Positions 31,236-41,569 of a DNA stretch of 64,000 nucleotides are shown piece by piece. Numbering within the stretch: the first letter of the stretch is position 1; each line of letters starts with the position of its first letter. Origin of the DNA: Candidatus Poribacteria bacterium. Its GTDB lineage: Bacteria; Poribacteria; WGA-4E; PCPOR2b. Both the position numbers and the translations under genes were made by a program. The notes under the pieces were generated by a model, which was not told the DNA's origin, did not search any database, and saw nothing but the letters and a program-made list of their open reading frames with translations. The DNA lies in assembly GCA_965204355.1 (NCBI GenBank), contig OZ241983.1, positions 500,483 to 564,482 on the forward strand. Reading direction: 5' to 3'.

Positions 31236-31504
31236 GCACCCTGTCCCTTTCTAAAATAGTCCCGTTTCACTTTCCAGTTTCTATCCCCGATAAATCGGGA
31301 TTAAGAAACCTGAGAATCCTGATTCAGACAATAATGATGCACACCCCTCAATTACTTGGACACTCTGTACCGGCGAGGTTTCCTAACCGCACCGCCTCCC
31401 GACGAGTCGGGACAGGACATGGGGAGCGAAAGTGTCTACATATTTTGATAATTCACAATAAATCAACCCAGTCACATAGTGATTCTGATAATAAGGGAGG
31501 GCTG

Positions 31505-32383
31505 ATGATTAAACTCGGTTGTAATAGCTTGGTGAAGGATAGAGACAATCCCGGTGGGTGGATCGATATTGAGACGATGATTGATTTAATTCATACGTTG
31601 CGGCTCGATATCATTGACTTTCAACTTGATAGAGGATTTCGTTCGCTAGAACCGGCGTATCTTCGCAAGGTCAAGATTCTGTGCCATAGGTATGGATTGC
31701 CGATAGGTTTCATAGGCGCTGGCAGTGGGTTTGTTAGCGCTGCTCAACTGCCGAATGGGGATGTGGTTGGTGTGGGGCTATCGCCGGACGAGTTACAACA
31801 ACGGATTGATGAGGTCAAGAGAGCGGTGGATGTTGCCGTCTTCATGGGTGCCCCGCTGATTCGTCTGTTTGGCGGAGGGGTGCCTGAAGGGACGGAGAAC
31901 CGCGAGGCGGTGTGGTCAACGATGATCTCCGGGTTCCAAGCGGTTTCCGACTACGCAGCTGAGAAAGGGATCCTTATCGGTCTTCACAATCATCCGCCGG
32001 CTGTGGAGCCGACGAGCGATGATATCTTCCGCATCCTGAACGACGTTGACCGTGAGAACTTTACTTTTATCTTAGATACGGGTCGGTGGCGCGGTGCACC
32101 GACAAGTAGGGAAAAGACTTCCGATTCAAGTGAAAATATCTACAGATACATGGAGCAGACCGCGCCTTACGCTTCATACGTGCGTGCTAAGATCTATAAG
32201 GTTGATAGCGGTCAGGAGGAGTTACTCGACTATAGACGTATTATTGCTATTCTCAAGAAAGCAAACTTCAACGGAAATATGTCGATTGTTTACGAGGACC
32301 AGGGCAATCAGTGCGATTACGCCGAAGCCATTGGGTTGGCGGTCAAACATTTACGGGGGTTGCTCGCAGAATCGGAGGAGTGA
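31505..32383 (+). CDS. sugar phosphate isomerase/epimerase (xylose isomerase-like TIM barrel) family protein
   Basis: SD AAGGGAGGG precedes the ATG at 31505. The translation (MIKLGCNSL...IGLHNHPP...IVYEDQGNQ) fits the AP-endonuclease-2/xylose-isomerase-like TIM fold. The ORF-track start at 31334 is probably too early. Confidence 0.55.
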   Translation: MIKLGCNSLVKDRDNPGGWIDIETMIDLIHTLRLDIIDFQLDRGFRSLEPAYLRKVKILCHRYGLPIGFIGAGSGFVSAAQLPNGDVVGVGLSPDELQQRIDEVKRAVDVAVFMGAPLIRLFGGGVPEGTENREAVWSTMISGFQAVSDYAAEKGILIGLHNHPPAVEPTSDDIFRILNDVDRENFTFILDTGRWRGAPTSREKTSDSSENIYRYMEQTAPYASYVRAKIYKVDSGQEELLDYRRIIAILKKANFNGNMSIVYEDQGNQCDYAEAIGLAVKHLRGLLAESEE

Positions 32384-32389
32384 GAAGGG

Positions 32390-34414
32390 ATGGCCTCAAC
32401 CCAAACGCGTGAAATTCCGTGGACGGACATAGGGGAACCGCTGGCGGATCTGCTTCGGTACGAACGCAGGATTGGTCACTACGAACACGCAGGTTACGCT
32501 TTACTGTCAACGGTTGTCCATGAGACAGCGGATTCGGCGTGGCGGCAATTCCTATTGGTGGGGGATAATTTTGCTGAAGTGGCCGGGCAGGTCATCGCTA
32601 TATCCGATAGAGAGTCCAAAAATCCCAAACAGGTTCTTGACTCAATCCGCTCACTTGTCGATGCGGCTTACGCCCAGGCGCCGGAAAGAGCAGGGCAGTT
32701 CCTGAAACCATACCTGAAGCACAGGCCGAGTTTCCCGGATCCTATCCGAGAGAGGTTGGACGCACTCTCAATGCGGGGGAAACGCCGGATCCCCCTTCGT
32801 GCAACTGCTTTCGCAGCGGAGATGGAGCGTCTTCGACCGTTTGAGCCGTACAGTGATGTAGCAGAAGCGGTGTCCGAACATTGGTACGAACAGATTCTGC
32901 AAGGGAGCATAACCGCCCGCCAAGTACGCAGGATACCGGCGCGGATACTCACCGCGAAAAAACGCTTGCTCAACCATCTGCGTGAGGTTGAGGGGGATAG
33001 CGTGATTGATGAGGAAACCCTCTTTGGCAGGTATGCAGGTGTTTTTCAGTCAACCGATATCTTGGGGCTGACGGACGTTATCGTTGAGATACCTCGTTTC
33101 AATCTGATATATCGCTTTCATGTCGAGTTCGGTGTAGCAGAGATTGGGCTTTTCTTGAGAAACTTTCCGACGGCGGAGGTACTCAACCGTTTTGAGAAGT
33201 TAGAGGGGTGGATGGGTAAATACCACAAGACAAATCACGATGGCACAATACTAACTCCACCGCTGATTAATTTTCTATCGCAGCAAGCGGATTTTGATTC
33301 CCTTCTAATTGAACTAGACCGATATCGAGCGGATACGCGGAACGGACGATTTGACGTAACCAACATTTTGCAACGGGATCTGGAATTCAGACGCTTCGTC
33401 TACGAGTACACACGGGTGCTGGAACCGCTGACCTATGAACTCCAAGGCAGATATCCGCCGCTGAAGTCGCATAAGGAGTTGTACCGATTATTCAACCAAC
33501 TTGAAGAACTACCGCCGGTTACCGTTGATGCGCCTGATTTGAGCGAACAACATCTCGCAGAAGTCGGTCGAACTGCATACGAAGCTGTGGAGTTTCTCAA
33601 GTTTTTGAGAGGGTTCCAAGCGCGTACCAGCAGGCATATTGTGGTAGTGGGGAACGACCGTTACGGACGACAGTGGGTTGTGGAACCTATCGAAGCGTAT
33701 CTCAAAGAGGGGTTTACGCTTAGGTATGACCGTGTCCGCTCCGGGACATCTACAAGGTTGAGTGTACCCTCCGCTTTCCCAAGGGAATTTGTCAAAGAGA
33801 TTAGTGAACGGATGCCTCATATTGTCATTGTTGACGCGTCCCATGCGCCGCCGGATACCGATGTGATGCAGCTTTCCCGCGGTCTCCGAGGCTATGCCCA
33901 CTGGTTTGCTGCCTTCAACGACATTCGCGCGGAAGGCGATCTTGCCAGATACCGGGATGAGAGTTCACTTCCCGCGGAGCATTTTCCCGAACTTATGAAA
34001 TGGCACGACTACGTTGCACGGAGAGGACAGTTACGGGAATGGGTTTCGCCGGGGCAGACTTACCGGGTGACGACTTGGGCACCGGAGTTGAAAGACACCG
34101 TAATATTGGGCGACATGCGAGTGAAGCGGTATCCTCCGGTCTCCCATGAGGAGATAGGGGGCGACTTACCGATGGTGATTCTGGCAAACCCTATAATATA
34201 CCGCACAGAGGGTGAGGACCTGCCAGATGCGCTGCGGGGCACCACACCACGCCACTTCGATGACCCTGAAGCCCATGCAGTGGATAGTGTTGTGTTCGGA
34301 TTTGGCTCCCACGGACTTGAAACCCGACTTGAGGGAATGAGCACAGAACAGTTTGTCCAGATCGCTCAGGGACACATCAAGAAGGAGATCGATAGGCTGT
34401 TAGAAGAATCGTAA
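32390..34414 (+). CDS. large hypothetical protein (674 aa), no recognisable domain
   Basis: Long uninterrupted ORF, 6 bp after the isomerase stop and 12 bp before the BKACE gene. Codon usage is host-like; I recognise no motif. Confidence 0.5.
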   Translation: MASTQTREIPWTDIGEPLADLLRYERRIGHYEHAGYALLSTVVHETADSAWRQFLLVGDNFAEVAGQVIAISDRESKNPKQVLDSIRSLVDAAYAQAPERAGQFLKPYLKHRPSFPDPIRERLDALSMRGKRRIPLRATAFAAEMERLRPFEPYSDVAEAVSEHWYEQILQGSITARQVRRIPARILTAKKRLLNHLREVEGDSVIDEETLFGRYAGVFQSTDILGLTDVIVEIPRFNLIYRFHVEFGVAEIGLFLRNFPTAEVLNRFEKLEGWMGKYHKTNHDGTILTPPLINFLSQQADFDSLLIELDRYRADTRNGRFDVTNILQRDLEFRRFVYEYTRVLEPLTYELQGRYPPLKSHKELYRLFNQLEELPPVTVDAPDLSEQHLAEVGRTAYEAVEFLKFLRGFQARTSRHIVVVGNDRYGRQWVVEPIEAYLKEGFTLRYDRVRSGTSTRLSVPSAFPREFVKEISERMPHIVIVDASHAPPDTDVMQLSRGLRGYAHWFAAFNDIRAEGDLARYRDESSLPAEHFPELMKWHDYVARRGQLREWVSPGQTYRVTTWAPELKDTVILGDMRVKRYPPVSHEEIGGDLPMVILANPIIYRTEGEDLPDALRGTTPRHFDDPEAHAVDSVVFGFGSHGLETRLEGMSTEQFVQIAQGHIKKEIDRLLEES

Positions 34415-34441
34415 TCTTACAATGATTTGGAGGAACCGATT

Positions 34442-35263
34442 ATGGCAAAAACTATTATCTCGGTAGCGGTGGTGGGGTCGGGACCTACCAAGGAGATGAA
34501 TCCTGCCGTACCGTATACGCCCAAAGATATTGCACAAGCGGCGATTGAGTCGAGCCGAGCCGGTGCGTCGATCGCGCACATCCATGTGCGCGACCCTGAA
34601 ACAGGGATCGTATGTTCAAGGCTTGAACTCTTCGCGGAGGTTGTAGATCGAATCCGCCAAGAGTGCGACATCCTGATTAATCTCACAACGAGCGGGGGGA
34701 ATATACCCGGAAAAAACATCATTGAGGAACGGCTTGAACCTGTTACACTAAAACCTGAAATCTGTTCCCTTGATGTCGGTTCCTTGAACTTTGGGGATCG
34801 CATGTTTCTCAACCCGCCGGAGTGGGGACGGGCTGCTGCGCAACGGATGCGCGAACAGGGGGTCAAGCCGGAAATCGAGGTCTTCGATGCGGGACACATA
34901 CGGCAGGCACTGCACCTAATTGATGAGGGGCTGTTTGAGGATCCACCGTATATCCAATTGTGCATGGGAGCGGGTTGGGGTATCGAGGCGACGCCGGATA
35001 ATATGCTGTTCATGCAGAAGTTATTGCCGCCCGATGTTCCTTGGTCCGTTATGGGTGTGGGTCGAACACAGTTGCCGATGATTACGATGGGCATTATTCT
35101 AGGAGGGCATATCCGCGTCGGGTTTGAGGACAATATCTATCTCCGCAGGGGCGTACTGCTGAAGAGTAATGCCCAGATGGTCGAAGTCGCCGTGAATTTG
35201 GTTCAGCAGCTGCAAGGTGAAGTTGCAACACCGGGCGACGCACGTGAAATTCTTGGGATATGA
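34442..35263 (+). CDS. beta-keto acid cleavage enzyme (BKACE / 3-keto-5-aminohexanoate cleavage enzyme family, DUF849)
   Basis: [32 protein letters not shown]...[10 protein letters not shown]...LINLTTSGG... matches the Kce/BKACE TIM-barrel family pattern. Confidence 0.7.
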   Translation: MAKTIISVAVVGSGPTKEMNPAVPYTPKDIAQAAIESSRAGASIAHIHVRDPETGIVCSRLELFAEVVDRIRQECDILINLTTSGGNIPGKNIIEERLEPVTLKPEICSLDVGSLNFGDRMFLNPPEWGRAAAQRMREQGVKPEIEVFDAGHIRQALHLIDEGLFEDPPYIQLCMGAGWGIEATPDNMLFMQKLLPPDVPWSVMGVGRTQLPMITMGIILGGHIRVGFEDNIYLRRGVLLKSNAQMVEVAVNLVQQLQGEVATPGDAREILGI

Positions 35264-35449
35264 GCGAAAACGTGAAACGTGAAAAAGAAAAATCAACGGA
35301 CTTTGGGTTTTCAGATGGTGCGAGGTTCTGTTGATATTCTGATGTTAGCAATTCGGCAAACCCTATAATCATCGGGCAATCTGCAAGATGTAACGCAAAC
35401 TGTTAGTTTGCGTGCTGGGATCACAATCTAAACGAAGATTAATTTATTA

Positions 35450-36343
35450 ATGAGGTTTATTCGTCTGATGTTACGAGCAAAGGGTTCACTGGATTTCTTG
35501 GAGGGGGTCACGGAAGAGACTGTTGAGTGGCGGATGCTTAATATGGACTCCGAGCTAATCACAGCCAATCTGAGTCGCACAATCGGTCCCGGCATTCATA
35601 GTACCCTTGATCCTCATTGGAATTATAACGCCAAACGCGGCGATGGAGTTGTTCCGCTTAATAACATCTTGAGATTTGAAACCTTTGGCGATCGTTGTCC
35701 TTTGGGGACGAAGTTGCGACAAGAAACGCGGTTACGGTTGGTGACAACACGGGACGAGGACGGGAGGTTGAAACGCGGCCATTTGGCGATGAACTGCGAA
35801 TTGTTCAGCAAAGATGTCGAGTCTCAACCACAAATCGGACGCGCCGAATTTTGGATGGCGCTGACCCGGCCGCTTGCTCCTCCGGGTCAACATAGACCAA
35901 CCGATGTGCCGGAGGCGATCCGGTTCTTGAAGGAGCATAAAGCGGTCAAAAGCGATCTGGTCAGTCGGGATATCGAGTCATACCGCTGCGAGGCAGCCGA
36001 TGATGGACGAGCCTTCCATGACACGATGCCGTTGGCTTTCCACATGGACCGGTCGGATATCTACCGTCACATTAATACGGCTGTGTATATGAACCAAGCG
36101 CAGGATTATCTTGCACTCCTGTACCACAAGGGCGGTGGGGATGCTGGACGGCTGCGGTTCCGCGAGATCACTATCTATTTTCGGAAACCTTTTGTGCCGG
36201 GACAGATAGCGGAGGTGGAGTTGGATTTTGTCGAGTATGCAGACCATTTCCACGGCGCTGTCCGTTTCTATCATTCTGACAGCGAAGGGAACAGAAGTGA
36301 GCGGATTTCCGTGGCGATGGAGACGCGCGGACCCCTACATTGA
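35450..36343 (+). CDS. hotdog-fold thioesterase-like protein (acyl-ACP/acyl-CoA thioesterase family?)
   Basis: 297-aa ORF, the right size for two hotdog domains; DIYRHINTAVYMNQAQDYL resembles the thioesterase HVNNxxY motif. The start is uncertain. Confidence 0.3.
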   Translation: MRFIRLMLRAKGSLDFLEGVTEETVEWRMLNMDSELITANLSRTIGPGIHSTLDPHWNYNAKRGDGVVPLNNILRFETFGDRCPLGTKLRQETRLRLVTTRDEDGRLKRGHLAMNCELFSKDVESQPQIGRAEFWMALTRPLAPPGQHRPTDVPEAIRFLKEHKAVKSDLVSRDIESYRCEAADDGRAFHDTMPLAFHMDRSDIYRHINTAVYMNQAQDYLALLYHKGGGDAGRLRFREITIYFRKPFVPGQIAEVELDFVEYADHFHGAVRFYHSDSEGNRSERISVAMETRGPLH

Positions 36344-36554
36344 AAACCCACTAGAGGCGAAGCAGACACGAATCTATTTCACCGCAGAGGCACAGAGCTG
36401 ACAAGAAGACGAGAGAACGAGGAAGCGAGGAGGCGAGTAAAAACCCGTTCCCTCACATACACGCTTCCCCAATCCTCCGTGCTTCCAATCTTCCATCCAT
36501 CTGCTCTGTGTTTTCCGCGTCTTAGTGGTTGATTTTAGATTGAGGAGAAAGACA

Positions 36555-38114
36555 ATGAAGTACGACACAATCATCGTCGGAGCGGGGGCGGCTGGGGCGA
36601 TACTTGCAGCTCGACTCACCGAAGATCCGGGCCGATCCGTCCTGCTGCTGGAGGCGGGTCCTGACTTCCCAGAGGTTGATCAGCTTCCGGATGAGATCAA
36701 GTACGGTTATGGACGAGACCGCAATATCTGGGCTCGCGCTTTTGGTCGTCCGACCAAATTCGGTTGGGACTACACCGCCCGTGCCACCGATAGTGCGCCC
36801 ACCATGTTCGTCCCACGCGGCAGGATAGTTGGCGGCTCAAGCGCGGTGAACGCACAGATCTTCCTCCGCGGTGTGCCTGAAGACTATGATAGTTGGGCTT
36901 CCTTGGGCAACGACAAGTGGAGTTACGAGGAGTTGCTTCCTTGCTTTCGCAGGAATGAGGCGGATCCCGACTATAGCGATTCTTATCACGGGAATGCGGG
37001 TCCCATCCGCGCTCGGCGGCACACATACGAGGAGTTGAACCCTGAACAAGCTGCTTTCTACGACGCTGCTCTGGCTGCTGGCTATCCAGATTGTCCCGAC
37101 CACAACGACCCGGATTCCACGGGAGTGGGTACACTCGCGCTCAATAATCCGGACGGTATCCGCTGGAGCACTGCAATCGGTTACCTCAACCCAGCACGTC
37201 ATCGCCTGAACCTTACTATTAAAGCGGATTGCTTGGTACACCGTCTCCTCTTTGAGGGCAAACGTGCTGTTGGCGCTCAGGTGGAGAGTGGTGGCGAGAT
37301 GTTTGATGTCTATGGTGAGGAGGTCGTTTTGGCTGGTGGATCTATCGGTTCGCCGCATATCCTAATGCTTTCCGGTATCGGACCCGCTGATCATCTCCGG
37401 ACTATTGGCATTCCTGTGACCCACGATCTACCGGGCGTTGGACAAAACCTGAGAGACCATCCACAGGTGTCGGTCACGTTGAGGGTAAAGGATGCGTTTC
37501 TGCCCGATGGCACAGAGCCACGGCTACAGATTGGACTCCGGTACACGGCGCAGGGTTCCGACCTACGCAATGATATGTTTCTGCTCCCGACCGCTTTTGC
37601 TACCGAGGAAGGGTATCTTGTGGAATCGGACTCAGTGCCTTTGGGATTTCACGTTGCTGCGTGCATATATTTAGCCGCTGGTGCGGGCGAAATCCGGCTC
37701 GCCTCTTCCGATCCACATCAACAACCTCTCTTGGACTATAACTATCTGACAGAGTCCTTTGACCGTGAACGGCTGCGCGAATCTGTGCGGATCATCATTG
37801 ATCTGCTCGAACACGATGCGTTCAGGCAATTGGTTGCGGAACGGCTTGCACCCACAGATGCTGATCTGGCGACGGATAGGACCTTAGACGAGTGGCTGCT
37901 GCGGCAGGTAAGTACCAGTCATCACATCTCATCGACGTGCAAGATGGGACCGGATTCTGACCCGATGGCGGTGGTTGATCAGTACGGTAAGGTCTACGGC
38001 GTCGAAGGGCTGCGGGTGGCGGACGCTTCGATTATGCCCGACTGCATCCGCGCCAATACCAACGTGACGACTATGGTTATTGGAGAGCGTATATCGGACT
38101 TTATGATAGGCTGA
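36555..38114 (+). CDS. GMC family FAD-dependent oxidoreductase (choline dehydrogenase-like)
   Basis: MKYDTIIVGAGAAGAILAARLTEDPGRSVLLLEAG (GxGxxG FAD fold) and a C-terminal GMC region (HISSTCKMGPDSDPMAVVD). Confidence 0.85.
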   Translation: MKYDTIIVGAGAAGAILAARLTEDPGRSVLLLEAGPDFPEVDQLPDEIKYGYGRDRNIWARAFGRPTKFGWDYTARATDSAPTMFVPRGRIVGGSSAVNAQIFLRGVPEDYDSWASLGNDKWSYEELLPCFRRNEADPDYSDSYHGNAGPIRARRHTYEELNPEQAAFYDAALAAGYPDCPDHNDPDSTGVGTLALNNPDGIRWSTAIGYLNPARHRLNLTIKADCLVHRLLFEGKRAVGAQVESGGEMFDVYGEEVVLAGGSIGSPHILMLSGIGPADHLRTIGIPVTHDLPGVGQNLRDHPQVSVTLRVKDAFLPDGTEPRLQIGLRYTAQGSDLRNDMFLLPTAFATEEGYLVESDSVPLGFHVAACIYLAAGAGEIRLASSDPHQQPLLDYNYLTESFDRERLRESVRIIIDLLEHDAFRQLVAERLAPTDADLATDRTLDEWLLRQVSTSHHISSTCKMGPDSDPMAVVDQYGKVYGVEGLRVADASIMPDCIRANTNVTTMVIGERISDFMIG

Positions 38115-38283
38115 CAATCGTTCACGTCATCGCAAACCAACAATCAGAGGACTGCACAGACGCTGATTCTTCGTAGGGGTTGGGTTGCTCAACCCGCTGA
38201 ACGAAGGGGCCTCGCCCCTACGATACGATAGGGTACTTACCGGCGAATTATGGACACGGATCAATACATGGCGGTACATCGTT

Positions 38284-39486
38284 CTATTTGCGTGGTCGTG
38301 AGGTTTCCGGCACGAGCCAGAGAAAGATCGCGACCGCCATATACCCCACTCCTGATAGGACCACGGCGGAAAGCCCCAATCCCGACACATCTGCAATCTC
38401 ACCGACAATCCATGGCCCCGTTGCGTGACCCACATCACCGATGAGTCGCCAGACCGCAAGGAACTCTCCCGTGCCGTCCCGTGGGGCGAGATCAGCCCCC
38501 GTCGTCATCATCGTTCCGGAACCGAGTCCATTGCCAAGCCCCATCACAATGCCTGCAATCAGTAGGGTCAAGTAGCTGCCTGTCAAAGGGACCATCGCCA
38601 TCCCCGTTGCGAAAATGAAAAAACAGGGAACAATGGCGTATCTCCTGCCAAACCGATCCATAATAAATCCTGCCACCGGAAACATCACCATATCAATAAA
38701 TGACGAGAGACTGAAGATTAACCCCACTGTCTGGCGGTCTAGCCCGATGACATCACGCCCGTAGAGAATAATGATAATGCGCCGCCCCGCTCGGAGGGTT
38801 TGGACGCAGATTTGCCCCATTCCCGCTGTGAGTAATGCACGATGGTGTGTCTTCAATATATCGATAAACTGTTTCAGGTGCAATCGGCGGGGACCTACGA
38901 CTGAAGGCCGTCTTGTTTCGTGGATGAAGAAGAGGCAGAACAGGAAATTGACCCCCATAATCGCTGCACAGGCAAAGAATGGGGCGCTCAGCCCGTAGTG
39001 TTTACCGATGAAGCCGCCGATGGCTGGACCTAAGAAAGTACCGATCCGACTGACTCCGCCGAACATCGCGAGCGACCTGCCACGTTCCTCAATTGGGACG
39101 GCATCCGTCAAATAGGTATATCTGGCAATGGTCCATAGGGCACTGCCGATTCCCGCGATAAGTTGGTAGATAAGCAGCTCAAGGACGGTGTGGGCAAGTC
39201 CGACGCCGAGCGTAGAGAATCCTACCACGGCAGCACCGATTAACATTGACGATTTGCGGCCCGTCCGTTCGATCAAGATACCGGCGGGGACATCCGCGAT
39301 CAGGACACCGACACCCTGCATACCGAGGACTAGACCCATCAGACTATAAGAGGGATTGAAAGATTTTGCGTATTCGGGGAAGATTGGGATGAGGATGCCG
39401 CCGCCGACGGAGAGTAGAAACGCAGGGAAATAGATCGGCAGGATGAGCGATCGCCGCGTAAACGGTTGCTCTTGTGAGTTCTGCAT
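38284..39486 (-). CDS. MFS transporter
   Basis: ~12 TM segments with MFS-like loop motifs; start placed at MQNSQEQ (ATG at 39486) to avoid overlap with the next gene. Confidence 0.75.
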   Translation of the reverse strand: MQNSQEQPFTRRSLILPIYFPAFLLSVGGGILIPIFPEYAKSFNPSYSLMGLVLGMQGVGVLIADVPAGILIERTGRKSSMLIGAAVVGFSTLGVGLAHTVLELLIYQLIAGIGSALWTIARYTYLTDAVPIEERGRSLAMFGGVSRIGTFLGPAIGGFIGKHYGLSAPFFACAAIMGVNFLFCLFFIHETRRPSVVGPRRLHLKQFIDILKTHHRALLTAGMGQICVQTLRAGRRIIIILYGRDVIGLDRQTVGLIFSLSSFIDMVMFPVAGFIMDRFGRRYAIVPCFFIFATGMAMVPLTGSYLTLLIAGIVMGLGNGLGSGTMMTTGADLAPRDGTGEFLAVWRLIGDVGHATGPWIVGEIADVSGLGLSAVVLSGVGYMAVAIFLWLVPETSRPRK

Positions 39487-39499
39487 GGTCGAGTTTTCG

Positions 39500-40567
39500 C
39501 TATCCGTACCTTTCTCGAAGAATTTCTGCGGCTCTCGCTTCGTTTTTGAGTTTTTGGTATGCCTCGTCGATGGGTATTTCTGCGGCGCTGCCGGGTGCAA
39601 ATCCGCAGTCTGGATTCAGGGTGATACGTTCAGGAGACAGGTGGCGCAGTGCGTTTTCAACGCGTGCGATAATCTCTTCAGGCGTGTCGATATGCTCGCC
39701 TCGACAATCCACGCAGCCGAGACCAACGGTCTTATCTTCGGGGATTTCCTGAAGTACCGCGAGGTCGCCGGCGACTGGAATCGTGAACTCCATCAGGTAC
39801 TGATCGACCTTGAGCCGTTTGAGGTAGGATAGGATCGGTTCGTATCCCCCTTCGCCGATCCAGCCGTCACGCCCCTTGTTGCGCCGACAGAGATGGATGG
39901 CAATCTGAATCCCGTCAACACCATCAATAATCTGGTTCAGGAGATCGACGCACAGGTCCATCTCGCGATCGGGATTTTCGTAACTTGACCGGACGGACTC
40001 ATCGACAAAGAGACACAGGTGGGGGTCATCAAACTGGGCGACGGTCGCCCCTGCATCCCTGATGGCGATGAGTTCAGTTCGCAAAATATCGACGAGATCA
40101 TACATGAACGATTCGCGTGTGGGGTAAGCGTCCCGCGATTTTTCGGGGTCCCACATCCGTTGTCCCAATAGATATGGGGACGGGAGACATACCTTTGTCA
40201 ATCGATCGGTGTGCTGCTGCAGAAATGCTGCTTCCGCCGCGATAACGCCCGGTTGCTTGAGGCGTATTTTATCGACCGCGGTTGTCCAGTGCATACCGTC
40301 GTGCATACTCAGCTCGAACCCGCTTGCGATGTCAGCAATTACGCCGATGTAGGAACGTCGCCGCCATTCGCCATCGGAGATGATGTCGATCCCAGCGGCT
40401 TCCTGCACCGCAATGATGTATTGCACGGCGGCGTCCATCTCTTTTTCTGTTTCGACTTCGGAGCGTTGTGGTTCGTTATCTAACGCAAGCAGATCGCGGA
40501 CAAAATCAGACCGTGGCATGCTGCCCACAACGGTAGTTGGGAATAAGGGAAGTTTTTGATTTGACAT
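39500..40567 (-). CDS. cobalamin-independent methionine synthase C-terminal domain-like (MetE-C/UROD-like) protein
   Basis: LPLFPTTVVGSMPRSDF...IISDGEWRRRSY...NPDCGFAP pattern of the MetE C-terminal family. Confidence 0.6.
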   Translation of the reverse strand: MSNQKLPLFPTTVVGSMPRSDFVRDLLALDNEPQRSEVETEKEMDAAVQYIIAVQEAAGIDIISDGEWRRRSYIGVIADIASGFELSMHDGMHWTTAVDKIRLKQPGVIAAEAAFLQQHTDRLTKVCLPSPYLLGQRMWDPEKSRDAYPTRESFMYDLVDILRTELIAIRDAGATVAQFDDPHLCLFVDESVRSSYENPDREMDLCVDLLNQIIDGVDGIQIAIHLCRRNKGRDGWIGEGGYEPILSYLKRLKVDQYLMEFTIPVAGDLAVLQEIPEDKTVGLGCVDCRGEHIDTPEEIIARVENALRHLSPERITLNPDCGFAPGSAAEIPIDEAYQKLKNEARAAEILRERYG

Positions 40568-40730
40568 AGAATTAGTATAACGCAAGTTGCGCCCTGTGCC
40601 CTGTTAGGGCTAAATGAATTTCTGAACGGGAGAAACTCAATGGGGTCATTTGTTGATTAACTGATAAACCCTATACATTGCACTCCTCATAAAGTTTGAG
40701 AAAATAATTCGGTAATTCTATATTTCTCCC

Positions 40731-40822
40731 AGGCCCGGTAGGTGCGTGGGTTGAAACGGCGCAGTTACAAACAGCGCCTACCAAACGGGAGCCCGGTAGG
40801 TGCGGTTTCTAACCGCACCGGG
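40731..40822. repeat. REP-like palindromic element, family A (copy 3, inverted orientation)
   Basis: CCCGGTAGGTGCG...GCGCAGTTACAAACAGCGCCTACC...CCCGGTAGGTGCGGTTTCTAACCGCACCGGG is the reverse complement of the copies at 19026 and 20412. Confidence 0.75.
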
Positions 40823-40927
40823 CATCGCTCGGAGATTACCCAATTAATAAATTAATCTTCATCTGGAGCGAAAACTTGAGTGCCTCAACTTTAACTGAAA
40901 ATCGATAATCTTTTAATCTGTATGCCG

Positions 40928-41461
40928 TTATGAGAGCGCATTTTCATAGCCGGCGTAGGTTGCATCGTCAAAGAGGACGAAACGGACCTCTTCGATCCCA
41001 TCATGCGCTTCCAAGAATTCCTTCACCGCATTGAGGGCGGTGCTGGCTGCTTTGTCAATCGGATAGCCGTAGATACCTGTGCTGATTGATGGGAACGCAA
41101 CTGTCTTAATACCGCTCTCAAGTGCGAGATTTAAACTCTCCCGATAGCAACTAGCGAGGAGATTGGGTTCACCGGCGTTTCCGCCCCGCCAGATCGGTCC
41201 TACAGTGTGGATGACATGCTTCGCGGGAAGATTTCCGCCCGTCGTGATCACCGCACTCCCTGTCGGGCAACCGCCCTGCTCGGCGCGGATTTCGTTGCAT
41301 TCCGCCATGATTGCTGGGCCTCCAGCGCGATGAATTGCGCCATCAACACCGCCGCCGCCCATGAGTTGTTCGTTCGCAGCGTTGACGATTGCATCAACAC
41401 CCTCTTTTGTAATATCTCCTTGTACGAGGGTAAGGGTCGCTTGGTTAATTTTGGTTTGCAT
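40928..41461 (-). CDS. Macro domain protein (O-acetyl-ADP-ribose deacetylase / YmdB-like)
   Basis: DAIVNAANEQLMGGGGVDGAIHRAGGPAIMAEC...TVAFPSISTGIYGYP, the canonical macro domain; start at MQTKINQ. Confidence 0.85.
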   Translation of the reverse strand: MQTKINQATLTLVQGDITKEGVDAIVNAANEQLMGGGGVDGAIHRAGGPAIMAECNEIRAEQGGCPTGSAVITTGGNLPAKHVIHTVGPIWRGGNAGEPNLLASCYRESLNLALESGIKTVAFPSISTGIYGYPIDKAASTALNAVKEFLEAHDGIEEVRFVLFDDATYAGYENALS

Positions 41462-41569
41462 AGGTTCCTCCGAAAGAATAATGCGTAATCCGTAATGCGT
41501 AAGAGACAAGATTATGGAGAGACCAACAATGTTTTCCCTACGTATTACTCGTTACGAGACGCTTCCATA

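Noticed and set aside
31334-31504. upstream extension of the isomerase ORF (ORF track start 31334)
   Set aside because: There is no SD, and the N-terminal 57 aa are non-homologous and overlap the promoter or REP region. The ATG at 31505 has a strong SD and starts the conserved domain.
34417-35133. 238-aa minus-strand ORF antisense to the BKACE gene
   Set aside because: The translation is Ser/Pro/Arg-rich with no start context. The plus-strand BKACE gene has clear family motifs.
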